Source: Daphnia carinata (Eukaryota). From it: a stretch of DNA of 64,000 nucleotides. Both the position numbers and the translations under genes were made by a program. This document shows positions 1 to 13,300 of the stretch, one piece after another. The stretch is from assembly GCF_022539665.2 (NCBI RefSeq), contig NC_081331.1:9982001-10046000 (forward strand), given 5' to 3'. Under the pieces are notes generated by a model, which saw nothing but the letters and a program-made list of their open reading frames with translations, was not told where the DNA came from and searched no databases. The stretch's first letter is position 1; every line of letters starts with the position of its first letter.

Positions 1-3000
1 TCTTGCATGTGTGTACGCGCCTCTTAATATTTTATGCCGTCGCGTGTCTCGAGCTGATTCTTCATCAAAACCCGTCGTGACGGGACGACTGGAAATTTTG
101 TTTCCTACAGTTTCTTTTTTTTTTTTTTTTATTATTATTATTTTTATCTACGAGAATTTATTTTTTCCGCTTGCCATAGTACGATCCATCCAGTGCGGAT
201 GGTAACATGCTGCGCTGAATCTCGTCGATGTTGCCTTTCTTTTTATATCGCCCTTTCCGACTAATTTGTACGATTTATTGCTGCAATGCTTTAATACGAA
301 GAATTTAATTCCGTTTGCTTTAATGCGTGCCTCATAAAATTGTTAAATATCTAGCGTGTTGTTTTTTCTTCATTGTTCGACCTCTAATCGTAAGAGCACA
401 CTGCCACTCCCACGCGCAACAGAACTCATTCGCTTTGTGTTTTTTTTTTTTTAATGGTTGTCTCTAGTCTCTCCTCCCCATTTGCAATATTCCATGCACT
501 TTCCACTATTTCGCGTGCCTCGTGTACATGTTGTAGACGTAAATGTTGTTGGAATAATGCGCGGTTATGGAAAACAGGTGCGGTGCCGGTCGTTGCCGGC
601 CTTGGTCTCGAAAAGAGTCGTTCGTTGCACGGCAGTTTGGAGGAGAGAAAAACCAAAATTCCAAATTCAGCGAGTTGAAACGTTGAATCAGCTCAGCGTC
701 GACTTGTAAAACGAGTTGACGCGCGTCGGAAGACGAGTTTCGACATCCAACACGGCTGGCTTATTTGCCCGTGTTGGCTCTATGCAATGGCCCTGACGCC
801 GAACGGATCCGTGAGAGTATTAGCACGGCACGCACGGCCGCTTCTTATTGTCGTTCATTCCGGCTACACAAGCGCAATACACATAAAAACGCAGCGGATA
901 CGCGCCTACTCCGCTGGCTGTTCCGCCATGACAAGGCATAGAAGATGGACCAATTCTCTCCCGACACCTGCTCGCTTGAAGAAAAAGGGAAACCAACGTG
1001 TTGGACACACACAGACACACAAGCGTTACTCATTTTTGTTGAATGATGATCTTTTTTTTTTTTGCGGCTAGAGAAAACGGTAAACGTCGTGCAAAGAGCG
1101 AGCGTCCTTGCCTGATGTGTTTCGACCTAGAAATGGCTCAAAACAAGAAAAATTCCACACAATTGATGAGCCTCTACGAGCTTGAATGTTTACGACGGTA
1201 AGGGCTGATGATATTCAACAGCAGCAAACGAGCCATCGTTAAAAGGTGGATCTCTTTTTACATCGCGATTTCCCTTGGCCTTCACTTGCATCGCTCAATG
1301 CATTCGTTTAGATTTTACACGATGACACATCTTCTTCAGATACATGTTTATTTTGTAATTGATTACATACGCACGATGTAATCGATGTGTATTAAGCTAT
1401 TTGTTTCTCCAGTTTGACGATCAAGTCACGTAGACGTCAAAATGACGAGTTGGGCCGACTTGATAATCACTACCGCCATAAATAAACGTAAAATCAAAAT
1501 AAAAAAATTAAGGAGGTAGATCAAACAAAGTGGTGGAAGACCTTCTTGTACACCCTTTGGTGGTATTGTTTACCCTCACGACCAACAAGGAGAGCTAAAC
1601 AGAGGCATCAGTTTTTGGACCGGTTGCCAAACGGCTTCGGGGGAACGGCCCTCATCTCTCCGAGTAAACACCGAGGCCATGAAAAACAAAAAGCCCATCC
1701 GACGTGAGAGGAGGACCGGTAGGCGTTGGGAGGAAGAAGGGGAATTCTACTAGGGGTCGGGAGTGGGATGGATCTTCGTCCAAAAAGTGAAAGTAGTCCG
1801 CAGGGGAAGAGATGCTCATCTCCCAGCCGCAACTGCGATGCGCTTCGGTTGCAACTCCACATCGTCGGAGGAGGAAACCTTGAAACTTTTAATTTTATTT
1901 CTTCTTGGGATTCTTCTTCTTTGTTAGCCTCACTTTATTCACCTCATTCTACAGTTTTACATACTAAATAATGACAACATGTCCTTCTTCATTTCTTTTT
2001 TTTTTTCTTTTTCTATCTCTAAAATTCCTTTCGTGAAGTCTTTGGCTTTGAAATGTTTCTCTACACGGGCCATAGGGAAAAGCGTGAAAATTAACGAAGC
2101 AGCGAGTCCATCTGTTGCTATTTCCATTTCGCCAAAAAATTTACCTCTTTTGGTTGCTATTTTTATTTCCATTTCTTTTTTATTGTTATTGGCTTCTCGT
2201 TTCTTCCCCACTTGGTCGACCTTCTTAACAATGGATTTAATTGGGCGCGTGGCACAACCTTTAAGGTTGCACGATTTTCTGTTTTCTTACGTTCATTCAA
2301 TTACGGCTTTTTATCGCGTTCTTGTATTTCCTTTCAAATGAGTCCACATCTTATTAGACAATAAAATGACAAACAAAACTACCAACAACGATCGAAAATA
2401 ATAGAAAATTGCTTGGATCCTAGCGCCGATGGAACAGCCGCACCGATAAAAACGCAACACGTTGTTGCGTAACAATTTTTGTAAAAAATATCAGTCACGG
2501 CTATTTTGCCACTTGGCGTATTTTTGTTTAAACTGCGACATTGCAACCGGGAAAAATAAAATGACGCAACACACTTGAACGGGATTATAAGATGTCGCCA
2601 TCAAAAAATTTCTCTCATGTCAATTGCCAAATATCAGCATGCATATTTGTTCTTTGGCCATTTAGTTCTGCTTTTTCCCTTTGCAATAGCCGAGCCCATC
2701 CACCACGGCAAACGACCATCCGCACATTCGTCATTGGCGTGATGCGATGCGATATAATCTTCGATTCTAAAAAAAAAAAAAAAAAAAAAAATAGCCCGTT
2801 TTGTAATATCCCGTTCAGCCTGTTAGCCTATGACAAGCATCACTCGAGTCGGCTATCCGTATCGTCGTAAAACGAAACTGAAAAAGAAAAAAAGAAAAAC
2901 GTCGTTTAAAGAGAAAGTAATTGACGGTTGGCTCAGTAAGGATCGTCTCTCTCTCTTTTTTTGCGTGCCGCAATGCATAATTTAATAGACATAGAAATAC

Positions 3001-6000
3001 AAGCCATTAAGGGGCAAGGCCTTTCATGTTGAATTTGTACGTTTGGTGAAATTTGCCGAAAGGAAAACAAGGCAACTGGCAATGACTATAGAAGAATAGA
3101 GTAAAAGAAGCCGCGATGAAATGTCATCGGCAAATGAATGGCAAAAAATTATAAAACGTTTCTAAATATATGCAGAAATGCCAGATTACAGTGTACACAC
3201 AATTTTGTGGTCCGTTTATAGTTCGTCGAGTACACGGGGGTTGTGCGCTATTGTTCTGCTCGATTTTTTTTTTTTAATTTTCGGCTATTACAATTTCGCT
3301 TGAGGCATTTAATCGTTTACCGTTTCTTTCAGATTTGACATGTTAAAAGCTTTCGAAGAGGAGAAAAGAAACAGACGTAATAAGCACTCTCTCCTTCCTT
3401 TGAGTTCGCGCACGTGCGATGCTGTGAAAATCACGCACAAGTGACCGAACATCGTGTGCATCACGCCAATCCGCGGGCTATGAATTAAGTGTCTAGCAAA
3501 CACATTCGAGCGATGATAAGTCTTTCCGCAAAACAAAAGGGAAAGAGAAGAAAGTTTTTTTGATATCATCTCCTCTTTTTGCGCGTGTTTTTGTTTGATT
3601 TCTTTCGTTCATTCACGCGCGTTCGTCATTTTCTTCATTTGCCTTGATGATTCACACCTGAGAACTTTCCCTCCTTTGAAAAGAGTGTTGATATCAACAC
3701 AAAGAATAAAAGAAGGCTTCGACAAAGTAATCGAAAGGGAAATATTCATGGATTCAAACGACAGTGAGGGATGGCTATTTACCCATAACATGCACCTGTG
3801 AATTTGAAAAATTCTGCGCCAGAGGCAGCAAATATTGGCAATTCGGAAGGATATCGTTTAAAGAAGAAAACAAACAGAGATGGACGTCAAAAGGCCTTTC
3901 AAAGCAGCCACGTCGTTGAACAATTTTTTGTCGAATCATTCTTGATCGATGTTGATAAGACCCACATGCAAAACGAGCGTCTTGTTAGTATAGTTTGATC
4001 AGATCTCAGCCGCGATCGAAGCTATATCGAAATTTACAAGGCGATTAGGAATGTTATTGGATTTATCGATTGTCCCCTTACGTCGTAAAGATATTAAATT
4101 CAAAGAAAAATGTCTGTGAAACATAAGAATTAATACTATTTCGTTGGTTTGATTTGTTTAAGTCTGGTCCAATCTATTTTTCAAACTCGGTCTTGGCGCT
4201 GTCCGGCAGCAGGTGCTTAAACCGGAAAAGCCACAGAGCTCCTATATCCTTTCCCATGTTTAATTTGATTGCAACGATGTTTATTTCATGAAATCTCCTT
4301 GGGCCAATAATTGCGGCACCTGCATAACACCAGCTCGTTTTAGTTGCGTCGTCACATGACCACCGCACGAGCGGAAAATGTTATCGTGCTTCTTCGAAAA
4401 AAATTGCAATGCACACCACTACATTCTCTTTATACCTTTCCTGGATGTCATTCTTTGTTTTTTCATTTTCATGGACGCTTCTTCGATTATGAAATGAACT
4501 GATCAAGGACTCGATGGTGGCCAGCGGGCGCTCACGTTTTCCCGTTTCGTCCATTATCCTTTTCCCGATACCGTGTTGCGGTATGCATATTTTGACACAG
4601 TCGGCAGCATTGTCTATGACATGAAAAAGGAAAAGTTCGAAGAAAAAAAAATGGAGGCAAAGTGCCATGTCACGGACGACACTACCGGTGAGTTAAGCCA
4701 CCGACATTTTTTTCGGGAAGGTTTTTTTTTTTTTTTTTTTGAGGGGGGTTTTCTTTATCAGACGAAACTCTAGAAATATTCCATAAAAAATAAATAAATA
4801 CTGCTTCATCCTGTGTGCGACTTTCACGTCGTCAAAAGCAAACAGCTTAAAAAAAAAAAAAAGAAAAAGAAATGTGTATTCATCAGAAGGGTTGGGTGCT
4901 TTAAATATACATTTTCTTCTTCCATTCATCGTCCGATTTTTTTTCCCTCTTTTACAAGACACGATTGAATTATCGTCCTTTGGCCGATTCACGCCAAATC
5001 AAAGCCGAATACCGCCTCCTTAACAAATGACCAAGCGACCATTTTTTCTTTTTATTGACTGAATTCCAGTTTCATTTCTATTGATGATAAATCGGTTTTC
5101 TTTTTTTGCAGTCATTCTTCTAAATGTGAGGCAATTTATAGTTATATAGAGTTTTTTTTTTGCATGCTCTTTCAAAGTGACCGCCGAGTCATCAAATCAC
5201 CCGCTGGCATTCTTACATAGCTTTATTTAAATCAATTAATTTTTAGTTCGAATTTTGTGGATTATGACGTGAAAAACATCACGACATAACTGAAATGTCC
5301 ATTACTCTCATGACTGTAGATTTTTAGTTTTAAAAAAATTTAAAGGATTTTTTTTTTCTCTATTTTTCTTTAGTTAAAAGCAGTGCTTCATAGGAGAGGG
5401 AGGGTGTGTTCTACTATCCCATAATTTCTGTATTTCTCACGCTTTGAGAAGCCACCTCACCGTTTTGCCGCCACTCTATACTACTTGTGGCTTTACTCTT
5501 CGTATAGTCTAAAAATACAGAAGAAAGTTCACGCCGTGACGGATGATTAGCGTGATTCAACCTTGCATTCAAAAGCGTAGAGGGTAGGTTAAACCCCACG
5601 CCATGAGAGCCGCCGCCAAAAGTCTATGTACAAAATGTATGCGGATGCATAATGTTATCAAACGTTATTCTGTTCTCTCCCTCATGTGGAACTCATAGTT
5701 TTTTTTTTTTTTATTGAATTATTTGTAAGGAATTTTCTTTTCCTCCTTGTTGTCTATATTTTTTTTTATGCGTCGTGATGACGATGAATATCGTAGAGGC
5801 AAGAGGCCGGCAGACTGGCCAGCGGGGGGAAGCGTGCTTCCATGCGGACCCCTCATCACGGCACGGATACAAAAAGAAAATGGATGTAACAAGAACAAAG
5901 AAATGTGGGTCATCATGACACTTCCAGTTATGTAGATGCAACACATATTTTCTCCTTCGTCTTTGGAAGAAAACGAATGATCTTTAAACGCAGGAGAATT

Positions 6001-9000
6001 TCGTTGTCGAATCGTGATGTTCTTTTCCGGTTACTGTGTATCATTTATTCAGAGATGTAAAGAGAAAACGATTGTATTATGTACACCTTTGAAGACCAAG
6101 GACAATCAGTACACAGATTACCATCAGCAAATTCGAAAGAAACATTTGATGAGTTCTGAATTTTACAAATGATGTACTTGTAGTAAAGATGGTGAGACAT
6201 GCAAGTACACGGAGTACGTGTTCCTTTTGTATTTTCTTTTTTAGAAACATTTCGTGAGAAACAAACTTTAACAAAATATAGTTGCGTATAGCATTGTATT
6301 CGGAGGTTTTTTCTAAACGCCCCTTGACGAGAAAAACATTTTAGATCGGACATGATTTAGAAACTTTGCCAATTGTACTGCATTCAGACTGTCGTCGGGA
6401 GAATGAAAATAGAAAAACAACTCGCTTCACTTTTCTCCCCCATTCATAAGTAAAAGATGTCAGAAGAAGACGAGAGTAATGACAACAATCAACGGTGGGA
6501 CTGTTGAAGAATGACGACATAAGCAGGTGGACTTGAAGTACCGCTTGTTGACACGGTCGACATGTTCCCAAAAATTATGCCTTTTGCTGTTTTTCTGTTG
6601 ACGTCCTTGGTCCGAATGCAGCGCTCCGTAACAGACCGTTGTTGATTCCGTTTTTCGTTATCCCTTTTTTGTTATAGACTCTCGTGTACTTCGTTTTGTT
6701 GTTTGGTATGTAGCTGACGCGCAACAACAGGGTTGTTAGCGCATCCAACACAGCGCGGGTGAAAACGCAACATTCACGAAAATGTAACAACGTGATGTCA
6801 GGAAAGAGTTCGTTTCACTTGAACATGGCTTCCCTGCTACGTAACCAAACACGAAAATGATGGGTCTGAAATGTTGAACAATAAATCAAGACGAGGCGTG
6901 TTGATAAAAGGAAAAAATTGTCAGGCATTATATTTTTGAAGCAGGACCGTCTGTGCCGTTTCATTTACTCTTCGGTTTATCTGATTTTCAATAGGGAAAG
7001 TATTGGCATTTGGTTTTCTACACGTTTTGCTTCGTTCCCTGTAAAATTGCCGGTCGGCGTCTATATGTGATTAGCAGCTCAGCCATGAATTTGAATAACC
7101 CATAAGCCATTGACGATGGTGCCTTAGTAGAAGCTGGATTATCAGTAAGTAAACAAGACAGAGTCTCTACAAAAATGATTGAAATGAACGGCAAACCAGA
7201 GAAAAGAAATTGTCTATAAAAAATGGGTCAACTAGCGCTGCATAGAAGCTATTGCACGCAACCCCTATTTCAGAAATGTATTCACAATCAGTGATATCAC
7301 GTGCATTTAAAGTGAAAATTGTCCCACGATGGATTACCATCAGCTGACCAACAGAGCTAAACCAACAGAATATGGTAGCCAAATTCACTTTCATTTCCTG
7401 GCAACCTTTCCTCTCTGATGGCTTTGTTTCACACACGTCGGACCTAGGATACTTTTACCATGTTGCTGTTCAGCTATCTACAGGAATGTTTAACATGTCT
7501 TAGACGTACGTTACACTCATCACGCAAGGAAGATTTCCCTGCGCATAGCAAAAGGATCTAACGCAACAAACAGTTAATCAGTGTAAATCAACAGAAACTT
7601 AATTCTGATAAAATGCCATTCTGCAAGGTGAACATTCTTCCATGACAAATTTCAGCATTAAGGTCATGTTTAAGCCTCATCTTGCCAAACTCAAACGACA
7701 TGGATAAGCGCATCATTCTTTTTTTTTACGAGATTCAATCTTTTCATCTTTTTATGTCGACGCTGACATTGCAGTGAATGTTATAGAAGCCAACGCGATG
7801 GATTTTAAGAAACGACGATGAAATGAAATGTGCATTGAAAATGAAAACCTACTATACTCTCCCAACACAACTTTCGAGAAAAAAAAAGTTAACGGGACAT
7901 AATGAAGACCATAATGAGCACAATAAAATTGCGACTTATTCAAACTAGCCACAAAATACGGACCTGCACACTGAAATACCGTGACGAGCAAAACGTATTG
8001 TTTACGTTCGCGTTACCTGCTACATTTATGCACCGAAATAGACAGTAGTGAAAAGGAGGATTTATCACATTCCAAAAGCAAGGACGAAAGAAATGGAAAG
8101 TTTTCCTTCTAGTTCATCTCGGACCCACTAAATTTAAATCATTGGTTATGATGATTCATTCAAAAAAGGGTGGAAGGTGCAAATACGTCTTTGTTACTTC
8201 TGTTAATGAGCAAAATTTCCCTTTAGAAGAAAATACGTCAACTTTTGGTACCTCTTTCATTGAAGAGCGCAATGGCCGCAAAGCTTTTTATGTTCAATCC
8301 TCGGAATTTTAAACAAAGGAAAGAAAGATGGAGGAGCCTGGTGTCTGATCACAAACGCTTAATGCGTATATATTTCTAGTTATCAGGTTTAGTCATTGTG
8401 CCTAGAAGAACTGCAGGACTTTCTTTCAAAATTAAAGTCATTTCAAAAGGATCACACAAGGAATAACAAAGAAAAGAGCTGTACATTTCCACGAAATCTG
8501 CGAATGAGGAAAAACGAACGTGATGAATCTTTTATCACACTATTCTTTTGGCATCGATTGTGTTCTTCTCTTACGGGCATTGTGCACATCGATCCCTATA
8601 CTTTGCGAGAATAAACACAGAGAGAAGATTCGGCAAAAAGAAAATAACAAGGCAAGAAAAGAGAAACCTAGCGCTCACAAAGTGAACGTTCCCGATAAGA
8701 AACTTTGCCTACAGCAAACAGCCAAATAGCTTCCCATTCGTTACGCAGTCAGTAAGACGGAAAGCGAATATTTGCACAGACATGAAGATGCGGAACTTTT
8801 TCACGACCGATGCTTTCTTATTTGTTGAACATTATAGTTCGTTTATTTCAATCGGCTTCCAGTAAGCAGAAATGCTAATTTTTTTTCTCTCGCGAACTAA
8901 TGTTACTACATCCGTGTCCAGGAGAGACTGGGCACGACAACATGCGACACTAAAGCCAGTGGAGTTTGGTGGAATGGCAGGTAATAACAGCGTGAAAAGA

Positions 9001-9820
9001 TTGTTCTTTTAGTTGGGAAGGAACAAAACAATATCCCTAAAGAAAAAGCAAAGCCATATAATTTTCACTGGGAGAAATTCGTTTGTGAGAAAAAGAAAAT
9101 GAAGAATGACATTGCCGTTCGCTCACGCACCGTACACGCTCCAGTCACTTTAGCATGCCAGTTCATTAAATGATTTCGCACGTTCGACGTAAAAGAAAGA
9201 CAAATAACGATAAAAAAACACGCACACAAAACCGTGGCTAATATATTAATATTTTGAAAATGTTGAGAATGAAAAGTATACGAAAGTGACAATTCAATCG
9301 CACCAGCAGCAAAGGGCTTATCCCGTATGAGACATCCTGGACCATCTTATACGCCCCAAAACACAGACAATCGTAAGTAAATATGATTTGTATTGTGGAA
9401 AAAAAAGGTTGCGGGTATTGAAGAGGGTCATTGCTCGATAATTGGTTGCCTGCCCCACCTTGTTGGAGATAGAAGTCTAACGAACAACCTACAAGCTACC
9501 AGTTCTCCACCAAGTTAGCGGATTCGATCTTTATTTTGTAGTGGACGGTACTACTAGATCGAGGATCGTCTGTAAACGTGTCGAGTTGTTGTGTAAGTGT
9601 TATACGTGTTGTAATTCCTTTTTCGCCTTCATATTAGGCGAAGAATTGAAGCATATCCGTTGAAGAATGGTAGTTGATGAGCGTTGAGGTGTAGAGTTCG
9701 ATGCGGTGTCGAAGATGTTGAGCGATGTGTAGAGATGTTGAAGCGTCTGTTCCCACGAAGAATGATGTGACAAAGGTAGAAATGGCAAGAGGGTGGGAGG
9801 GCATGGAGGGTTCGGGAATT

Positions 9821-9892
9821 TGGAGGAAGCGGGAATCGAACACGGGACAACGAATTACAAGTGGAGGACTATAACCACTGTGCCAGGACCGC
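9821..9892 (-). pseudogene. Decayed tRNA-like sequence (Thr-TGT-like), possible SINE head
   Basis: 72 nt: GCGGTCC TG GCAC AGTGGTTA TAGT C CTCCA CTTGTAA TTCGT TGTC CCGTG TTCGATT CCCGC TTCCTCC A. The A box (TGGCACAGTGG), anticodon-loop-like CTTGTAA and B box (GTTCGATTCC) sit at tRNA spacing, but the stems do not pair. Confidence 0.45.
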
Positions 9893-10301
9893 ACATCCAA
9901 ATCAAGTTTGTTTTTGATCGACACCTGTTCAAATAGAGGTCGCTACTACATATTATACATTGTTGAACTGTCGTAGTGCCACAGCTTGTGAATGCCACGC
10001 CATTTACCTAGGTTCAATTCTTCCCGACTCCGTTCTGTAGTGTGGTAAGTTAGTTATTTGTTTCAAGCACTGAGAAGCGGAATGTAATCTTTTAGTGGCA
10101 TCAGATATATTCATGCTAAAGTGTAAATAACGCCCTACACGAGAAGGTAACATTTCAAAATTCTCTCTGCCTCTGTGTAAGCAACTGAAATAATTTAGAA
10201 AAACCTTATGCATGAGATTTGCGTGTTACTCCAACAAAAGATTTTCTTATTTCATGTTACCGAAAATGGTGAAACAAAATGATCAAGAAAATTATAAAGC
10301 G

Positions 10302-10368
10302 TTTTGTTAGTTGGCTGGGGGGCCAACTAACAAAAATTAATACAATGTTAATGGGGGTTAACATTGTA
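10302..10368. repeat. Two adjacent perfect inverted repeats with identical TGGGGG loops
   Basis: TTTTGTTAGTTGGC-TGGGGG-GCCAACTAACAAAA (14 bp stem), a 5-nt spacer, then TACAATGTTAA-TGGGGG-TTAACATTGTA (11 bp stem). Confidence 0.9.
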
Positions 10369-13300
10369 ATAACACCGCTCGCACAATATACTTCTACTAC
10401 TTTGCTGATCTGCCCTCACACTGGAATACAATGAGATAATTTAAATAGCATGTCTCGTTATGTAATACCCTTCGTTTTCCGTTGACAAAGAATGGCGCAA
10501 TGCACAATGCAGACAAGGATCCAGACAAAAAAAAAAAAGACTCGCTAAACAGCTGTTGGATAATGTGTGCGTGCCCGGTCATGCGACGCTCTGGATTTTG
10601 TCGTCCCCTTCCTTTTTTGCTCAGTCGTAAACAACAGTTTTTATACAGCCCGAGCATAATAAAAAAAAATGTTTAAGATCTTGAGAAAGGAACCAAACTA
10701 AAGAAAAATGAGATTGGGCTCTGTAAATCCCTCATCCACATGGCCGTGTATGTACACCACACCAGTAACGACTTGTTTTGCTTTTTATTCTTCTGAATAT
10801 TAACTTTATTTTATTTCTATAGGAGCACTTATTGTTTTCGACAACCCACATAGAGAGTCCCGTATTTGCGGCGGGATCCAACTGAGCTAATTGGTCATTT
10901 GTTCGCTTCGCTTCTGTGATTGGAACGGCGGCCTTCTTTTCGATCTCTACCGTGCTCTTTTGCCTTAAGCGCTACACCAAACAATGTTATTTAAATATCA
11001 TAACAACAACCAAAAAGAGGGGAAACAACAGTGAAAACATTGAAAGTCATAAAAAGGGAAAACTAACGATATAGCAACGCGTTCAACTCGCGATTGCCAC
11101 GGTCTAACTATATCCGTCCGCCCCCCTCTAAAAAAAATATACGTGTTATACAAAAGAAACAAAATGCAGGCGACATCAGGATTACATAATAAGGACACTG
11201 GTAGAAAAAGATGCGGAGAGAGATTTGCCATTTCACGCAACGGTGCAACAGATAGTAAAATAAATAGTCCTCGGGAAAAACCAGTGGGAATTTTTCTTTT
11301 GCGTTGCTCATAACATCATCTTTTCCACCTTGCCGAACACCAGGGCGAATAGGAATATGAAGGTGTAACAGTCATCGCAAAAAGAAAGATGAAACGATTT
11401 ATTATGGACAGTAGCAGCTTAAACTCATCAATTCACATCAGACCTTTTTCGGTTTCATTGTCCAAATCCAGAATGTTTTTTTTTCCTCCTTTTCTTAATG
11501 GCCTCTCAAAAGGTAACCAATAAAAATGGTCAAAACAAAAACACAACGACAAAGTTTTTTTTTCATATCTAACAAAAAGTGTGTCTGTTCCGTATAGGAC
11601 GGCGTTTTTCTTTCTCTCTGTGGAGCTGAAACACCGCACGATATTTCTGTGATAACACGAAAGGTTCGTTTCCCGGCTACTCACAAAAGAGATGCGGTCA
11701 TCCCTTTTGTGATTTCTTTTTCATATTCCGTCTTTTTTTGGAAGCGACATCGACCATTTCGGATACAACGGCCGCGAAAAGAGCTTTCGTTCATGTCACA
11801 ATCGTGTGCATCAAAGAAAACAAATGGATATAACGGGGCGAAAGAAATCGTCTCTCCTTTGTTTCCTTTCTCTTTTCTTTTTATTCTCGAGTAAATGGTC
11901 TTCATCGCAATCATTCGCTTGGCCAACAACTCCGAAAAAAGACAAAACAAAAAAGGGCTATGATTATTCGATTTGACGTGGACAGACGTCGGTTTGATAC
12001 CGGGACACCGACTTTGCGTATCGTGAGTTTTATCAGACGAGTCATGCCAAAATCTATTGTATTCACTATTCACCTGTCCCTTTCCGAAGTTCATAAGTCA
12101 ATCGTAAAGAACTTATTTTAGGAGATATCCCACGGCCATATGTTTTGAACATTTTAATTTTTTTTAAGGATTTTCAGTTTCTAATTTACACGGCTCTGTA
12201 TAACTAAAATTCTTAATGATTTTTTGACCAGAGAAAGGCAAGAAAAAACTGTAGATTAATGACGTAATTATGAAACGTTTTTGCATCTGGCTCAGCGTGC
12301 CAGTTTCCAAAACGGCGAAATTCAAATTCAACTCTACTCGTCTCTGTTTTTCCAGAAGATTACGACAGCGTACAGCCTTGACCCAACATTTTCTTTTATG
12401 GTTGTACGTATTTTTTTGCAATCCTCGTTTATATGCCAACACGTTCGGTTGCCTAGTTACAAACGAAATTCGACATTACGTGATGTGTTATGCCGATAAA
12501 CGCTTTGAAGTTGGACGACTAAATGACATATAGATGTCACCAAATAAATATAGCTTTGTAACACCTCGATAATTTGCTATCGATGCTGTCTAATTATACT
12601 ACATAAAATAATTAAAGGACACGTCTAGCATCCAGCTTGTAAAAGAAACTCTTTCACGGCCTTGAATGCATCCTGCTGTAATTTCAGAGTGTGGCATGTA
12701 TCACACCTTCTGGTGGAAATCGCTCCTAGTAACTAGCGCACCCGAGCCCTCCTCTAAAACGATGTTACGATGGATATTTATGCATGCAATATTGGTTAGC
12801 TCTTGTGAGAAAATCTCCAAATACCGATAACTGCGGCACCTTTCGATTTTTTTTTATAATGATACTAAAAATCTGGTTTTATTACACGCATATTGCTCAG
12901 CTTGCTTGACTGCTTTTTGATGTCCTATTTTTTGTTGCCATAGGTAACGGCCGCACCTCTAAAACATTGTGAAATTCTTCATTTTCAACTCAGTGGGATA
13001 ACTGTATTGTAGGGTATAAATCGCACACTCTAATATTACGAATCTATTATGCACTGTACATACAAAATGAACCGCATATAGGCGATGCCATACAATTTTT
13101 ACGTGTATTTCTTTTGTAGCATAAAATTTATCTCCGCCAAAACAAAAAAGCAATCACCAGCCTGTAATAAGTGAAAGTTTTTTTTCCAACAGGAAAGCCC
13201 CTCTTTAATCTAACGCAATCTTCCAATCCTCTTATTTTCCCCCTTGTCGGTCTCACCGTCGATTGGCTTTTTCAATCGTTGTTCCAGAACCTCACCGATA

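Noticed and set aside
426..656. Minus ORF containing FHNRALFQQHLRLQH, resembling a C2H2 finger helix
   Set aside because: No properly spaced CxxC, a stop shortly upstream, no good acceptor, and it runs into a poly-A tract.
1133..1197. Plus-strand ATG-to-GTAAGG exon-like segment (MAQNKKNSTQLMSLYELECLR)
   Set aside because: No recognisable homology or downstream partner exon; it could be chance.
2452..2470. 8-bp inverted repeat ACGCAACA-CGT-TGTTGCGT
   Set aside because: Short enough to be expected by chance in 64 kb.
9821..9892. Functional tRNA-Thr gene
   Set aside because: The acceptor and anticodon stems do not pair, so it is kept only as a pseudogene or SINE-head candidate.
10948..10958. 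TACCGTGCTCT, matching the 3' half of miR-276 as I recall it
   Set aside because: The seed and 5' half are absent and no precursor hairpin is evident.
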